53,048 nt of DNA, taken from a virus (taxonomy: Duplodnaviria; Caudoviricetes). Shown piece after piece: positions 8,695 through 18,100 of this stretch; the stretch's first letter is position 1, and each line of letters opens with the position of its first letter. A program made the position numbers and the translations under genes. The stretch spans positions 1-53,048 of IMG/VR virus record IMGVR_UViG_3300030090_003345; one strand, 5' to 3'. Under the pieces are notes generated by a model. That model saw nothing but the letters and a program-made list of their open reading frames with translations, was not told where the DNA came from and did no database searches.

Positions 8695-9078
8695 ATGAAT
8701 TTACTTTTAACTAAGGATGCTGAAACTAGGGATTTAATCGCCCTAAATGAAAACACCCATGCCATATACGTAGGAGATGCCAGTGATGGGTTAGCTTCGC
8801 CGTGGGTTAGGTGGGCTAGGCTTCATGAACGATGCCATCCTCTTACTCTTCTAGAAAAGTTTACCTCAAAGATGACTCCTCTATCGTACACGACATTGGA
8901 AAGAGACAAGCGTGTACTAGAGAAAGAACTTAATTACATTGATAATCTTCTCAGACAAAACGTAATAGTAATACTTCCTATGGATAATTACCTTGAAGCT
9001 TTAGGGGTTGTTAGGTCAACCAGTCCTGAGGTTCATGCGCTGGTCACTAAACGTGTGGATAGTTGGAGGAAGTTATGA
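8695..9078 (+). CDS. Hypothetical protein
   Basis: 127-aa ORF with SD; ATGA overlap with the endonuclease gene. Confidence 0.7.
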   Translation: MNLLLTKDAETRDLIALNENTHAIYVGDASDGLASPWVRWARLHERCHPLTLLEKFTSKMTPLSYTTLERDKRVLEKELNYIDNLLRQNVIVILPMDNYLEALGVVRSTSPEVHALVTKRVDSWRKL

Positions 9079-9446
9079 GACCACGTCGTCATAGCTACAG
9101 GTCAGACTACGAATTACAAGTCGCCAAGAACTTAGCGGATAGAGGAGTGAAGTTTGAATATGAAAAACATAAAATACTATATATTCCTAAAACTAAAACA
9201 TACGTTCCTGATTTTTATTTACCTAATCAAAATATTTATGTTGAAGCCAAGGGGTTCTTTTCTCCCGCAGACAGGCAAAAAATGCTTTTGGTAATTCAAC
9301 AGAACAAAGAGCTAGATATACGTCTTCTTTTTTTGAGAGCATCTAACAAGTTGAACAGGTCTAGTAAAACAACTTATAGCCGTTGGTGTGATCGTCATGG
9401 TATATTGTGGGCTGATGGTCAAATCCCGGACGAGTGGGTGGCGTGA
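9075..9446 (+). CDS. Endonuclease I (T7 gp3-like Holliday junction resolvase)
   Basis: YRS..E, FEYE, YVPDF, YVEAKG, DRQKM, DIRLLF, TTY..WC motifs. Confidence 0.9.
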   Translation: MRPRRHSYRSDYELQVAKNLADRGVKFEYEKHKILYIPKTKTYVPDFYLPNQNIYVEAKGFFSPADRQKMLLVIQQNKELDIRLLFLRASNKLNRSSKTTYSRWCDRHGILWADGQIPDEWVA

Positions 9447-9802
9447 TGGATGATTTTGAAGAAAAACTAATGATACTAGAACAGGCTAGCCTTTTAAAAG
9501 GAAGGTACTATCTCGTTCTTGAACCTGAGGAAGATGAAGAAAGTGGTTTCTCTATCCGTGCGTATGCAACTAGGGATATTAAAGTTGAGGATAATTATGA
9601 TCCGACGTATATTATTATGCAGGGTCTTATTGGCACGTTACAAGAAGAGTTTGATGAAGTGTATGATATGGGCATTTCGCGGGTTAGTCTTGAGACACTC
9701 GCAGAAGTGGTGGGAGAAGACAAGCTCAAACCAGAACACTTGGAAAAAGTTAAAGAAATAAAAGATAATGTAATTCAAGTTGATTTCGGTCAGACGCAAT
9801 GA
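9446..9802 (+). CDS. Acidic hypothetical protein
   Basis: TGATG overlap; ends in NVIQVDFG. Confidence 0.7.
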   Translation: MDDFEEKLMILEQASLLKGRYYLVLEPEEDEESGFSIRAYATRDIKVEDNYDPTYIIMQGLIGTLQEEFDEVYDMGISRVSLETLAEVVGEDKLKPEHLEKVKEIKDNVIQVDFGQTQ

Positions 9803-10026
9803 AAAACGATGATTGGAAAAATCCTGAACATTACAAGAAGAAAAAGTGGGAAGCTATTGATATTATTAAGGATGTACTTACTCCTGAACAATTTGAAGGT
9901 TACTTAATTGGTAATTCATTGAAGTACTTACTACGTGTCAATGATAAAGACACTCCTTTGATGAATGTAGGAAAGACGGCATGGTATAGTGCACGTGGAG
10001 AAAAGGAATTAGAACAGGATGATTAA
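9799..10026 (+). CDS. DUF3310 / T7 gp1.7-like protein
   Basis: NPEHY...EAIDII...GYLIGN.LKY..R...K...KTAWY pattern. Confidence 0.8.
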   Translation: MKNDDWKNPEHYKKKKWEAIDIIKDVLTPEQFEGYLIGNSLKYLLRVNDKDTPLMNVGKTAWYSARGEKELEQDD

Positions 10027-11764
10027 CGTCGACTATTCACGGGATAAGGACTTTACAGAACAGGCTCTCAAGTTACTGAGGGATTACTACATGTTACCAG
10101 ACGAGCAAAGCCCACAAGACTCTTTTGCTCGTGCCGCATTAGCTTACAGTGGGGGAGACTATGATTTTGCTCAACGTATTTATGAATATGCTAGCAAGCG
10201 TTGGTTTATGTTTGCTAGCCCTGTGCTCAGTAACGCTCCTAAAACTGGACAAAACGCAAAAGGTTTACCTATCAGTTGTTTTCTTACTTATATTGACGAC
10301 AATTTGGACTCCCTTATATCTCACAATACTGAGGTTGCATGGCTATCTGTAAAGGGTGGTGGTGTAGGAGGCCATTGGTCTGACGTGCGGGGTATATCGG
10401 ACAAGGCTCCCGGACCGATTCCGTTTATGAAAGTGGTGGATTCAGGAATGCAAGCTTGGAAACAAGGCCGCACACGTAAAGGATCGTATGCGGCGTACCT
10501 TGATGTTTCGCATCCTGATATCGTAGAGTTCATAAACTTTAAAGTACCAACGGGGGGTGATACCAACCGTAAGTGTTTTAATTTATTTAATGCCGTTAAC
10601 ATTACAGATGAATTTATGGAGGCTGTAGAAAATGACAAACAATGGGAATTACGAGACCCTCATGCGGGGGATGTCAGAGATACAATCTCAGCTAGAGAAT
10701 TGTGGCAAAGAATACTTGAAGCTCGTTTCAGAACTGGGTCGCCATACTTACACTTCATCGATACCTCAAACAGAGGGCTACCAGATTCTCAAAAACAACT
10801 TGGTCTCACAGTTAGAGGTTCTAACCTCTGCGCTGAAATCACTCTCCCTACATCTGGAGAACGCACGGCTGTCTGCTGTCTCTCCAGCGTCAACCTTGAA
10901 AAGTACGACGAATGGAGTGGAACAGGAATGGTTAAAGACTTGGTCCGATTCTTGGACAACGTCCTTGAATACTTTATTAGAAATGCACCAGAAGAACTTG
11001 GAAAAGCTGTCTACTCTGCAAAGCAAGAACGTTCAATAGGTTTAGGAGCTATGGGTTTTCACGGGTATTTGCAAGCTAATCAAGTGCCTTGGGAAACGGA
11101 TGAAGCTAAACTTGAAAATGCGCGTATGTTTCAAAAAATACATCTTGATGCGACGCAAGCAACAAAAGAACTTGCGGCGGAAAAGGGCGAAGCCCCTGAT
11201 ATGAAGGGCACAGGGCGGCGTAACGCTCATCTTATAGCTATCGCACCTAATGCTAACAGTTCCATAATATGTGGCTGTAGTGCTTCTATTGAGCCGTTGA
11301 AGGCTAACGCCTATACTCACCGCACTCGTGCGGGTGCTCACCTTATTAAAAACAAAGAATTAGCAAAGGTGCTTGCCGCTTATGATAAGAATGATGAAGA
11401 AACATGGAAAAACATTGTATCGCATCAAGGCTCTGTCCAGCACTTGGAGTTCTTATCGTCGGCGGAAAAAGAGGTTTTTAAGACGGCGTATGAAATTAAT
11501 CAGTCGTGGGTAGTTGACCATGCGGCTGATAGACAACCTTACGTATGCCAATCCCAATCTGTTAACTTATTTTTCCCAGCAGGTTCTCCAAAAGCTGAGG
11601 TTAACGCTGTTCATTTACAAGCGTGGAGGCAAGGACTTAAGTCTTTGTACTACTTAAGAACTGACGCAGGTGCTGTGGCAGATCACGTAGGGTTTTTGGT
11701 AGACCGGGTAGCATTACAAGATGCAGAGCCTGAAGCAGAAGAGTGTGCAGTTTGTCAGGCATAG
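10019..11764 (+). CDS. nrdA: Class I ribonucleotide reductase, large subunit (no ATP cone)
   Basis: PISCF, GGGVG, SNLCAEI, AIAPNANSS, SLYY, C-terminal CAVC. Confidence 0.95.
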   Translation: MINVDYSRDKDFTEQALKLLRDYYMLPDEQSPQDSFARAALAYSGGDYDFAQRIYEYASKRWFMFASPVLSNAPKTGQNAKGLPISCFLTYIDDNLDSLISHNTEVAWLSVKGGGVGGHWSDVRGISDKAPGPIPFMKVVDSGMQAWKQGRTRKGSYAAYLDVSHPDIVEFINFKVPTGGDTNRKCFNLFNAVNITDEFMEAVENDKQWELRDPHAGDVRDTISARELWQRILEARFRTGSPYLHFIDTSNRGLPDSQKQLGLTVRGSNLCAEITLPTSGERTAVCCLSSVNLEKYDEWSGTGMVKDLVRFLDNVLEYFIRNAPEELGKAVYSAKQERSIGLGAMGFHGYLQANQVPWETDEAKLENARMFQKIHLDATQATKELAAEKGEAPDMKGTGRRNAHLIAIAPNANSSIICGCSASIEPLKANAYTHRTRAGAHLIKNKELAKVLAAYDKNDEETWKNIVSHQGSVQHLEFLSSAEKEVFKTAYEINQSWVVDHAADRQPYVCQSQSVNLFFPAGSPKAEVNAVHLQAWRQGLKSLYYLRTDAGAVADHVGFLVDRVALQDAEPEAEECAVCQA

Positions 11765-11769
11765 ACGGC

Positions 11770-11952
11770 ATGGAAGGTTTGGTTCCAGATGATATTTGCA
11801 ATATCTGTTCTTGTGAATTCAAAATTGAAGAAGAAGGCGGTATAAAAGGTTACATTGGAATATTGCCTTTTTCTTTATGCCCAATGTGTTACAGCGGGAT
11901 TGTAGACATGGTTGAAAAGACCACCCTTGACGATTCTGAGAATGATGATTAA
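11770..11952 (+). CDS. Small putative zinc-binding protein
   Basis: CNIC...CPMC; start moved to ATG 11770. Confidence 0.65.
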   Translation: MEGLVPDDICNICSCEFKIEEEGGIKGYIGILPFSLCPMCYSGIVDMVEKTTLDDSENDD

Positions 11953-11977
11953 TATTTTATTTAAAGAGTATTCGTGG

Positions 11978-12001
11978 AGGTCTTTTGAAGACCTTTTTTT
12001 T
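11978..12001 (+). terminator. Putative intrinsic terminator between nrdA and nrdB
   Basis: AGGTCTT-TTG-AAGACCT hairpin followed by a T run. Confidence 0.55.
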
Positions 12002-12025
12002 GTCTATAATAATTAGGAATAACAA

Positions 12026-12988
12026 ATGTCTTTATTAGAAGAATCAATAACTTACAAGCCGTTTAAGTATCCTTGGGCTGTGGAGGCCGCTACTTCTCAC
12101 GAAAAAATCCACTGGGGTGAATGGGAATGTAAACTACAAGAGGATGTTGCACAGTGGCAGTCCGGTAAGTTAAGCAGTCACGAAAAAAATCATATTACGC
12201 AAATACTAAAGTTGTTCACACAGTCTGACGTGATGGTTGGGAGAAACTATCTTGAATACTATATTCCAAAATTTAAAAACAATGAAATTCGTGCTATGCT
12301 TACATCTTTTGCTAATAGGGAGTTTGTTCATCAGCGGGCTTACGCACTCCTTAATGATACCTTAGGGTTGCCAGAGGAGGAGTTTTCAGCGTTTTTGGAA
12401 TACAAAGAAATGTCTGATAAGATTGAATTTATGAGCAACATCAATATTCACACAGTTTCTGGGACTGCCCAAGCTATTGCTCGTTCTGTTATGAACGAGG
12501 GCATGTCGCTGTTTTCTGCTTTTGTTATGCTACTTAATTACCAGCGGTTTGGTAAGATGCGGGGGATGTGTGAAATTGTAGAGTGGAGCATCAGAGATGA
12601 GACGATGCACACCAACGGTATGGTCAAACTGTTTAGGGAGTTTTGTGATGAGCACCCTCGTATTGTTAATGATGAGTTCAAAAAAGATATATACGAAATG
12701 TTCCGTACTGGCATAAAGCTAGAGGACAAAGTCATAGACAATGCTTTTCAGATGGGTCCGGTAGAGGGTCTTACTTCAGAAGAAGTGAAGAAGTACATTC
12801 GGTACATTGCAGACAGACGGTTGATTCAACTAGGTCTTAAAGGTAATTGGAAAGTTAAGAAGAATCCCGTCCCGTGGTTGGAGTGGGTGCTAAACGGTGC
12901 ATCCCACAAAAATTTCTTTGAGGGCACTGTAACAGATTACAACGCTAACGGAATGGAAGGCGAATGGGGGTGGAAGGTAGCGTCATGA
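12026..12988 (+). CDS. nrdB: Class I ribonucleotide reductase, small subunit
   Basis: FTQSD, REFVHQRAY (radical Tyr), EGMSLFSAF, RDETMH, C-terminal NFFE..VTDY. Confidence 0.95.
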   Translation: MSLLEESITYKPFKYPWAVEAATSHEKIHWGEWECKLQEDVAQWQSGKLSSHEKNHITQILKLFTQSDVMVGRNYLEYYIPKFKNNEIRAMLTSFANREFVHQRAYALLNDTLGLPEEEFSAFLEYKEMSDKIEFMSNINIHTVSGTAQAIARSVMNEGMSLFSAFVMLLNYQRFGKMRGMCEIVEWSIRDETMHTNGMVKLFREFCDEHPRIVNDEFKKDIYEMFRTGIKLEDKVIDNAFQMGPVEGLTSEEVKKYIRYIADRRLIQLGLKGNWKVKKNPVPWLEWVLNGASHKNFFEGTVTDYNANGMEGEWGWKVAS

Positions 12989-13473
12989 TTCGTATCACCC
13001 CGACTCCTAATCAGATTAAGGAAGCTGAACGTATTGCTAGTGGAGTGATGGTGTTGCAAGGAAGCATCACCCGGGGTAACGGAAATTCTGCTGGAGCTTT
13101 AGGGGAGGTCATAGTTCGTGATTATATGAAATACGAACATACACCCACACAGCACTATGATCTCTCAGACCCACGCACGGGTCGCACAGTCGACGTTAAG
13201 ACTAAGCGGTGTACCTCCGCTCCAAAAAACTATTATGAGTGCTCTGTAGCGGCTCACGGTTCGTCTCAGGAGTGTGATGACTACGTGTTCGTAAGAGTTT
13301 TAAATAACTTGCAACAAGCTTGGATATTAGGTACGATATCTAAAGATGAATACTACGCAAAAGCGGTAAGATACAAGAAGGGCGACATGGACGAGAGTAA
13401 TAACTTTATTTTTAAAGCCGATTGTTACAACTTACCGATAAGCGAATTATGGAAAATAGAGCAAGGTTGTTGA
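12985..13473 (+). CDS. Putative PD-(D/E)xK-fold protein
   Basis: GALGE...YDL...VDVKT motif. Confidence 0.55.
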   Translation: MIRITPTPNQIKEAERIASGVMVLQGSITRGNGNSAGALGEVIVRDYMKYEHTPTQHYDLSDPRTGRTVDVKTKRCTSAPKNYYECSVAAHGSSQECDDYVFVRVLNNLQQAWILGTISKDEYYAKAVRYKKGDMDESNNFIFKADCYNLPISELWKIEQGC

Positions 13474-13655
13474 ATTTTACGATACATTTAAACCGTGATG
13501 GAAATTTAGAGTTTGATCTTAATTCTGTAGATACACCAAGTATGGAATCTGTGCTTCGTAAGCTGGGTGACCCTGTTTATAGTCATAGGGTGGGAAAGAT
13601 AGTAAGAAATTACTTTAGAGTTTTATCAGAAAAAATGAAGGATGAAAGAACTTAA
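13449..13655 (+). CDS. Hypothetical protein
   Basis: TAATG overlap with the next gene. Confidence 0.6.
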   Translation: MENRARLLNFTIHLNRDGNLEFDLNSVDTPSMESVLRKLGDPVYSHRVGKIVRNYFRVLSEKMKDERT

Positions 13656-14326
13656 TGTCCTACCTCATATCAAACATACCGTACTTTAAGTGTTGGGTAC
13701 GAAAAGAATTTACAGCCAATCATCAGGATTACCACGGTGAATATCTTCATGCACTTGCAATCGCTGTAAATACCATAACTGATAGGTCACTCACCTTTCA
13801 GGTTGTGTTTACAGGTTGTGAGATTGATCTTGAGGAGGGTCTTGAAAATGTACACGGAGGTGCAATGTGGGCAAGGATGCCCATTCAAGCTCTGGTTTTT
13901 GATATGGAACTGGAGGAGTGGCCTGAAAGGATGGAAGATCACTTAGCACAGCCGTGGGACTGTGAATCACGTAACCATGAAGTTATCGTGATGGATCGGG
14001 TTAGCTCAAGTCCTTGGATAGCAAAGATAGATGGTGAGTTTTATGAAGCAAGATATTTGTTTACTGTAGATTACACAGAGAACGATATTGCAGATTCACC
14101 AGATCAACACAAACAATCTCATGTCCTGTATCTCACAGAAGGGCAGTGGGAAGGAAATGTGGTTGCCCTGCCAAACAACCGGGTTAGAGCTACGAGTCCA
14201 GCCCTGTGGAGAACAGGAGAAGGTGCTCCTGACTTTGCTCCTAGCCAGTATGTTCATTCTGCGGAGGGGGATAGCACGTACACTGATCCCAGCATCACGT
14301 TCAATAACCTGTACGCAGAGGAATAA
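13655..14326 (+). CDS. Conserved marine-phage hypothetical protein
   Basis: 223 aa; GGAMWARMPI, QPWDC, YLFTVDY, HKQSH, ALPNNR motifs; last gene of the plus-strand block. Confidence 0.8.
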   Translation: MSYLISNIPYFKCWVRKEFTANHQDYHGEYLHALAIAVNTITDRSLTFQVVFTGCEIDLEEGLENVHGGAMWARMPIQALVFDMELEEWPERMEDHLAQPWDCESRNHEVIVMDRVSSSPWIAKIDGEFYEARYLFTVDYTENDIADSPDQHKQSHVLYLTEGQWEGNVVALPNNRVRATSPALWRTGEGAPDFAPSQYVHSAEGDSTYTDPSITFNNLYAEE

Positions 14327-14349
14327 AAAAAGGGGGACCTCAGCCCCCC
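14325..14349 (-). terminator. Intrinsic terminator at the convergence of the late and replication blocks
   Basis: Minus strand reads GGGGGGC-TGAG-GTCCCCC-TTTTTTT. Confidence 0.75.
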
Positions 14350-14367
14350 AAATGTTTTCTTCTTATT

Positions 14368-14586
14368 TTAAGTACTTTGAAGTCCGTATCTATTGGATTT
14401 CGTATAATCCAACATTCTCATTCGTGATCGTCCCTTAGGTTTAGGACTTTTTGCTCGTCCTACACGATATTTTTCACGAAATGCAGGGGCTACCTGCCCG
14501 TCAACTTCAGCAGATCCTTGAGCACGGCGTGGCGTATTTTCGGTTTCATCAATGCGACGAAATACTCTTCCCTCCTGATTACTCAT
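14368..14586 (-). CDS. Small basic hypothetical protein
   Basis: 72 aa, R/K-rich; last gene of the late block. Confidence 0.65.
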   Translation of the reverse strand: MSNQEGRVFRRIDETENTPRRAQGSAEVDGQVAPAFREKYRVGRAKSPKPKGRSRMRMLDYTKSNRYGLQST

Positions 14587-14701
14587 GTTGATCTTCTACT
14601 TTCTCTTCTTCTTCATGGTGCTCGTGACAGCACTCCCCCTCATGCTCGTGATGCTCACCGTCATGCTCGTGGCAACATGTTCCCTCGTGTTCTTTGTGCA
14701 T
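14579..14701 (-). CDS. 40-aa His/Glu/Cys-rich Hpn-like putative metal-binding microprotein (not in ORF track)
   Basis: MHKEHEGTCCHEHDGEHHEHEGECCHEHHEEEEKVEDQHE*; GGGGGAG SD; starts 2 nt after the upstream stop and overlaps the next start by 8 nt. Confidence 0.8.
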   Translation of the reverse strand: MHKEHEGTCCHEHDGEHHEHEGECCHEHHEEEEKVEDQHE

Positions 14702-14703
14702 AT

Positions 14704-15120
14704 CTATCTCCCCCGGCCCCCACGAGCCATACCTTTGGTTTTCTTACCACCATACATGGCTTTAGCACGACCCTTAGTAGTCTTACCACCACGCATCATT
14801 GCTTTACCCTTGGTAGCTTTACCGCCACCCATCATCTTACCCTTACCGTCTGCGGCAAAAGCTGGCACCATCTTGCCGTTTTTCTTGACCATAGGCATCT
14901 TACCGCCTTTCGCCATCATTGCACGACCTTTGGTGGTTTTACCACCGCCCATCATCTTAGTTTTACCTTTAGTTTTTTTACCAGCCATTGCCGATCCTCC
15001 GTTTGCCATCATCATTGGAGCAGATTGCTCTGCCGCCGCTTTCATTGCCATTTGGGTGTTTGTTCCTTGCATACCACCCATCATAGCTGGTTTACGTGGA
15101 ACGTTTTTGTAAGGCTTCAT
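14704..15120 (-). CDS. Low-complexity K/G/M/A-rich basic protein (protamine/histone-like)
   Basis: Repeated M(M/R/Y)GG(G)K(T/A/K)TKG units; almost no acidic residues; GGAG SD. Confidence 0.75.
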   Translation of the reverse strand: MKPYKNVPRKPAMMGGMQGTNTQMAMKAAAEQSAPMMMANGGSAMAGKKTKGKTKMMGGGKTTKGRAMMAKGGKMPMVKKNGKMVPAFAADGKGKMMGGGKATKGKAMMRGGKTTKGRAKAMYGGKKTKGMARGGRGR

Positions 15121-15134
15121 TTTAGGGTATCTCC

Positions 15135-18100
15135 TTAGTTAGAAGGGTCTAGATCACGAGGTGCGCGTGGAAGAGGTGCTCTTTCAAACTCCGCTCCTAC
15201 CACAGATGTGTCTCTTTCGTCACTTAAAAAGTCTGCTCTTGCTTGAGTACGAGCAATTGCTAATGTAGTTAATTGAACCCAAGCCAAAGGTTGATCAAAG
15301 TTAAAGTCACCTTTCAATATAGTGTCTTCAATTTCTTTAGCGACTCTTGGATCAAAAAGAATTAATTTAGTTAACTCAAATTCAGATTGTCTTGCCGCAC
15401 GAATTGCCGCTTCTGATAGCAACCACCGTAAACTAATTACACCTCTAAAGTAGGATGTTCCGCGAGACAATAGAGATTCACCTGATAGAGGTCTAGACAA
15501 GCCCACAAGATTTGCATTTTCACTAGAGTTAGGTCCAAATAACGTTTCTCCGATTCTTACGAACGTGTCGTATACATTCGGGCCTGTATCATCAACTTGT
15601 AATAGCTCTCTGATAACTCTTTGTCTTTCAGTTGGCTGGACGCTCTCACCTTTGTAACCTATGTAGTCTAACAATCTATCTTGATTAATTCCCACTTGTC
15701 GTTGAGCATAAGTAACATTACTTGCTTCTTTAGATACACTTAAATTTGCCGGGGTGGTAATATCCTCAAAAATGTGGTTTTGCACCGCACTAGCGATTTC
15801 TACTCGCCAATTGGTTAGAATTTCTTCATCGGATATGTTTACTGCGTCTGGGTTAGCCTGTTTGTATTTGCGTACAAAGTTCAATCCCATATCGTCTAGC
15901 TTTGCAAGACCATTAGGACTTGTTGCAATAGTTACAATTTTTGCACCAACATTTTCTGAAGCGTCTAAAGCTCGTGCTAGTTCTAGCCCCGCCTCTAGTT
16001 GCATTCTTTCAGGTGATCTAATGCTTCTTAAAGCTTGAGTGTAAGTCTCCGCTCCCCTGCTTATGTTCGTGTTCATTTGTGTTACAGCTTGGTTAGCTTC
16101 ACGTACATACGGAATTATTTTTTCAAAAGCGTTAACCTCATCTAATCGGTTCGGATCAATAATCGGTTTACCATTTACATCCACAAAAATATCTGGACTA
16201 AAGTGCTTAAACTTAATTCCGTTTGCATCCTCTAAGTTTTCAAACTTAACATCCACAGAATTAAAGTTAGGTATTGTTTTATCTAATATAGCAGTCCTAT
16301 CATTTGCATAGTCAACAATATTTTTCATCATTTTTGTACCGGGCAACTGTTCCATAGTTGAGTACACATAACGAGTTAGAATATTAGAAATAACTTGACC
16401 TTGAGGTGTATTTAAATCAATTTGTTTTACACCAAAAAGCATAGCTAACTTACGATTAAGTTTTAGTGCATCAGCGGGTTCTAAAATTTCTTTATTGTAA
16501 CCACTTTCTTTTAAAAGATCGGAAATAAAGTTTATGTTCATGTCCTGTTTTATACTGGACGATTTAAGCATTCTTGCAACAGCCGGGGACATTTCACGAA
16601 AAGGATTAATGTACGTTTCTAGGTAGTTAGTTTTAGCCGCACTCCAATCTTTTGCAAATTGTGGCAGTGTCTGCCGTTCACCGTACCTATGAAAGTTAAC
16701 AAATATGTTTTCTTCCGCCTGATCTACTAAAGCGCGTTTAGCCTCTCCAAGCGGCACAGCCTCAGGTTTACCCCTATACTTTCTTAAATCAGCACTGATG
16801 CCAGATACAATCTGCATATAAGTGGGAACATCTAAACCTATGCGAGGAGTCAATTCGTTAATAGCATCTTGGGTAAGTTTACCGCCCAGTTCATCTACCA
16901 TAAACTTTTTAATTGCTATAAACTTATCTACAAAAGAACTATCTTCAGTTAACTCAGCGGCCTGATAGATTTTTTCTACCATCTCGTCTGCTGTATCAGG
17001 AGACCTTTCTCTAAATCGTATTAAAAACTGTTCTACGGATTCTTCGGCACCGCTCTCAAATAAGCTGAGTAACTGCCTTTGCATAGGCCCTTTGAATTGT
17101 ACGCCTTGTATTTTACGGGAGGCCGTTTCTCCTTCTTTGAGAATTGGAAGTATATACTCTATCGCGCCTTCATCTAAATCCCATACAGCTTCGTCAAGAT
17201 TGTCTAGTGTACGAGGATTCAACCCAGCTAACTCAAAGAAAATGTCAGTCGTATCAATTCTTGCATCTTTATACGGACTATCCTCAGCACGTAGTGCGTT
17301 AAACGGAGCACTGGCGTTGTGGTAAGCTCTTTGCTCTTGAATGAGAAGTGCGCTAACCAGCAGATCGTTAGATGATAGACTATTCGGATTGTTAACATCA
17401 GAAGAAGGTATTTTTGCTTTTGTGTTTCTATCTGAAAGCTTAGCTAATTCAGTGAAAACTTCATCGACTGTTTCGTTTACTCTGTCTATACTTGATTCTG
17501 TCGCGTTAGGCAAATACATAACCTCAGGAAGGTTATCATTGTCGGGCAATGCTGGGATGTTTTCCTCTTTCACACCATTAGCGCGTAATGTTCTTTGTTG
17601 TTCAAGGGCTTCGGTTGCCATACCTTCTTTAACTGAAAGCGCAAGAAGACTTTTTATAGTATTATTGTTTTCTGCAAATTCCTCGGGGGTTCTTGCCGCG
17701 GCCTGACCATTAATTGCAGTTTTCAAATTGTCTAAGTGAGTGGCACCAGCGACTAGCAAAACTTCTTCTTCAAACTTTAAATTTTTTAGTGATTGATCAT
17801 AAAAAGTTTGTAAATCTCTAAGCATTATTCCTAAATTACTATTAGCATCATACCCCCTAGTATTTTTGACGGGGTCAAGAGCTTGTAGAATTTTACCTAG
17901 TTTATCAGTTAAACTGTACTTTTGAACATGGTTTTCAACCATTGCCCCGTACTTTTTAGAAAACTTAGCAACATCTCTTGATATGTGCTGTGTCTGAGAT
18001 GCCATCTCTTTCATTCTGCCGTCTAGCCCTAATAAACCCGCGGTGTACACAAATGCTTGAACAAAATCGTCACGATCAACAATCGGCTGTCCTCGTAAAC

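Noticed and set aside
14518-15138. Plus-strand ORFs 14518-15138 and 14585-15112 (Pro/Leu/His-rich)
   Set aside because: Antisense shadows of low-complexity minus-strand genes that have SDs and fit the operon.
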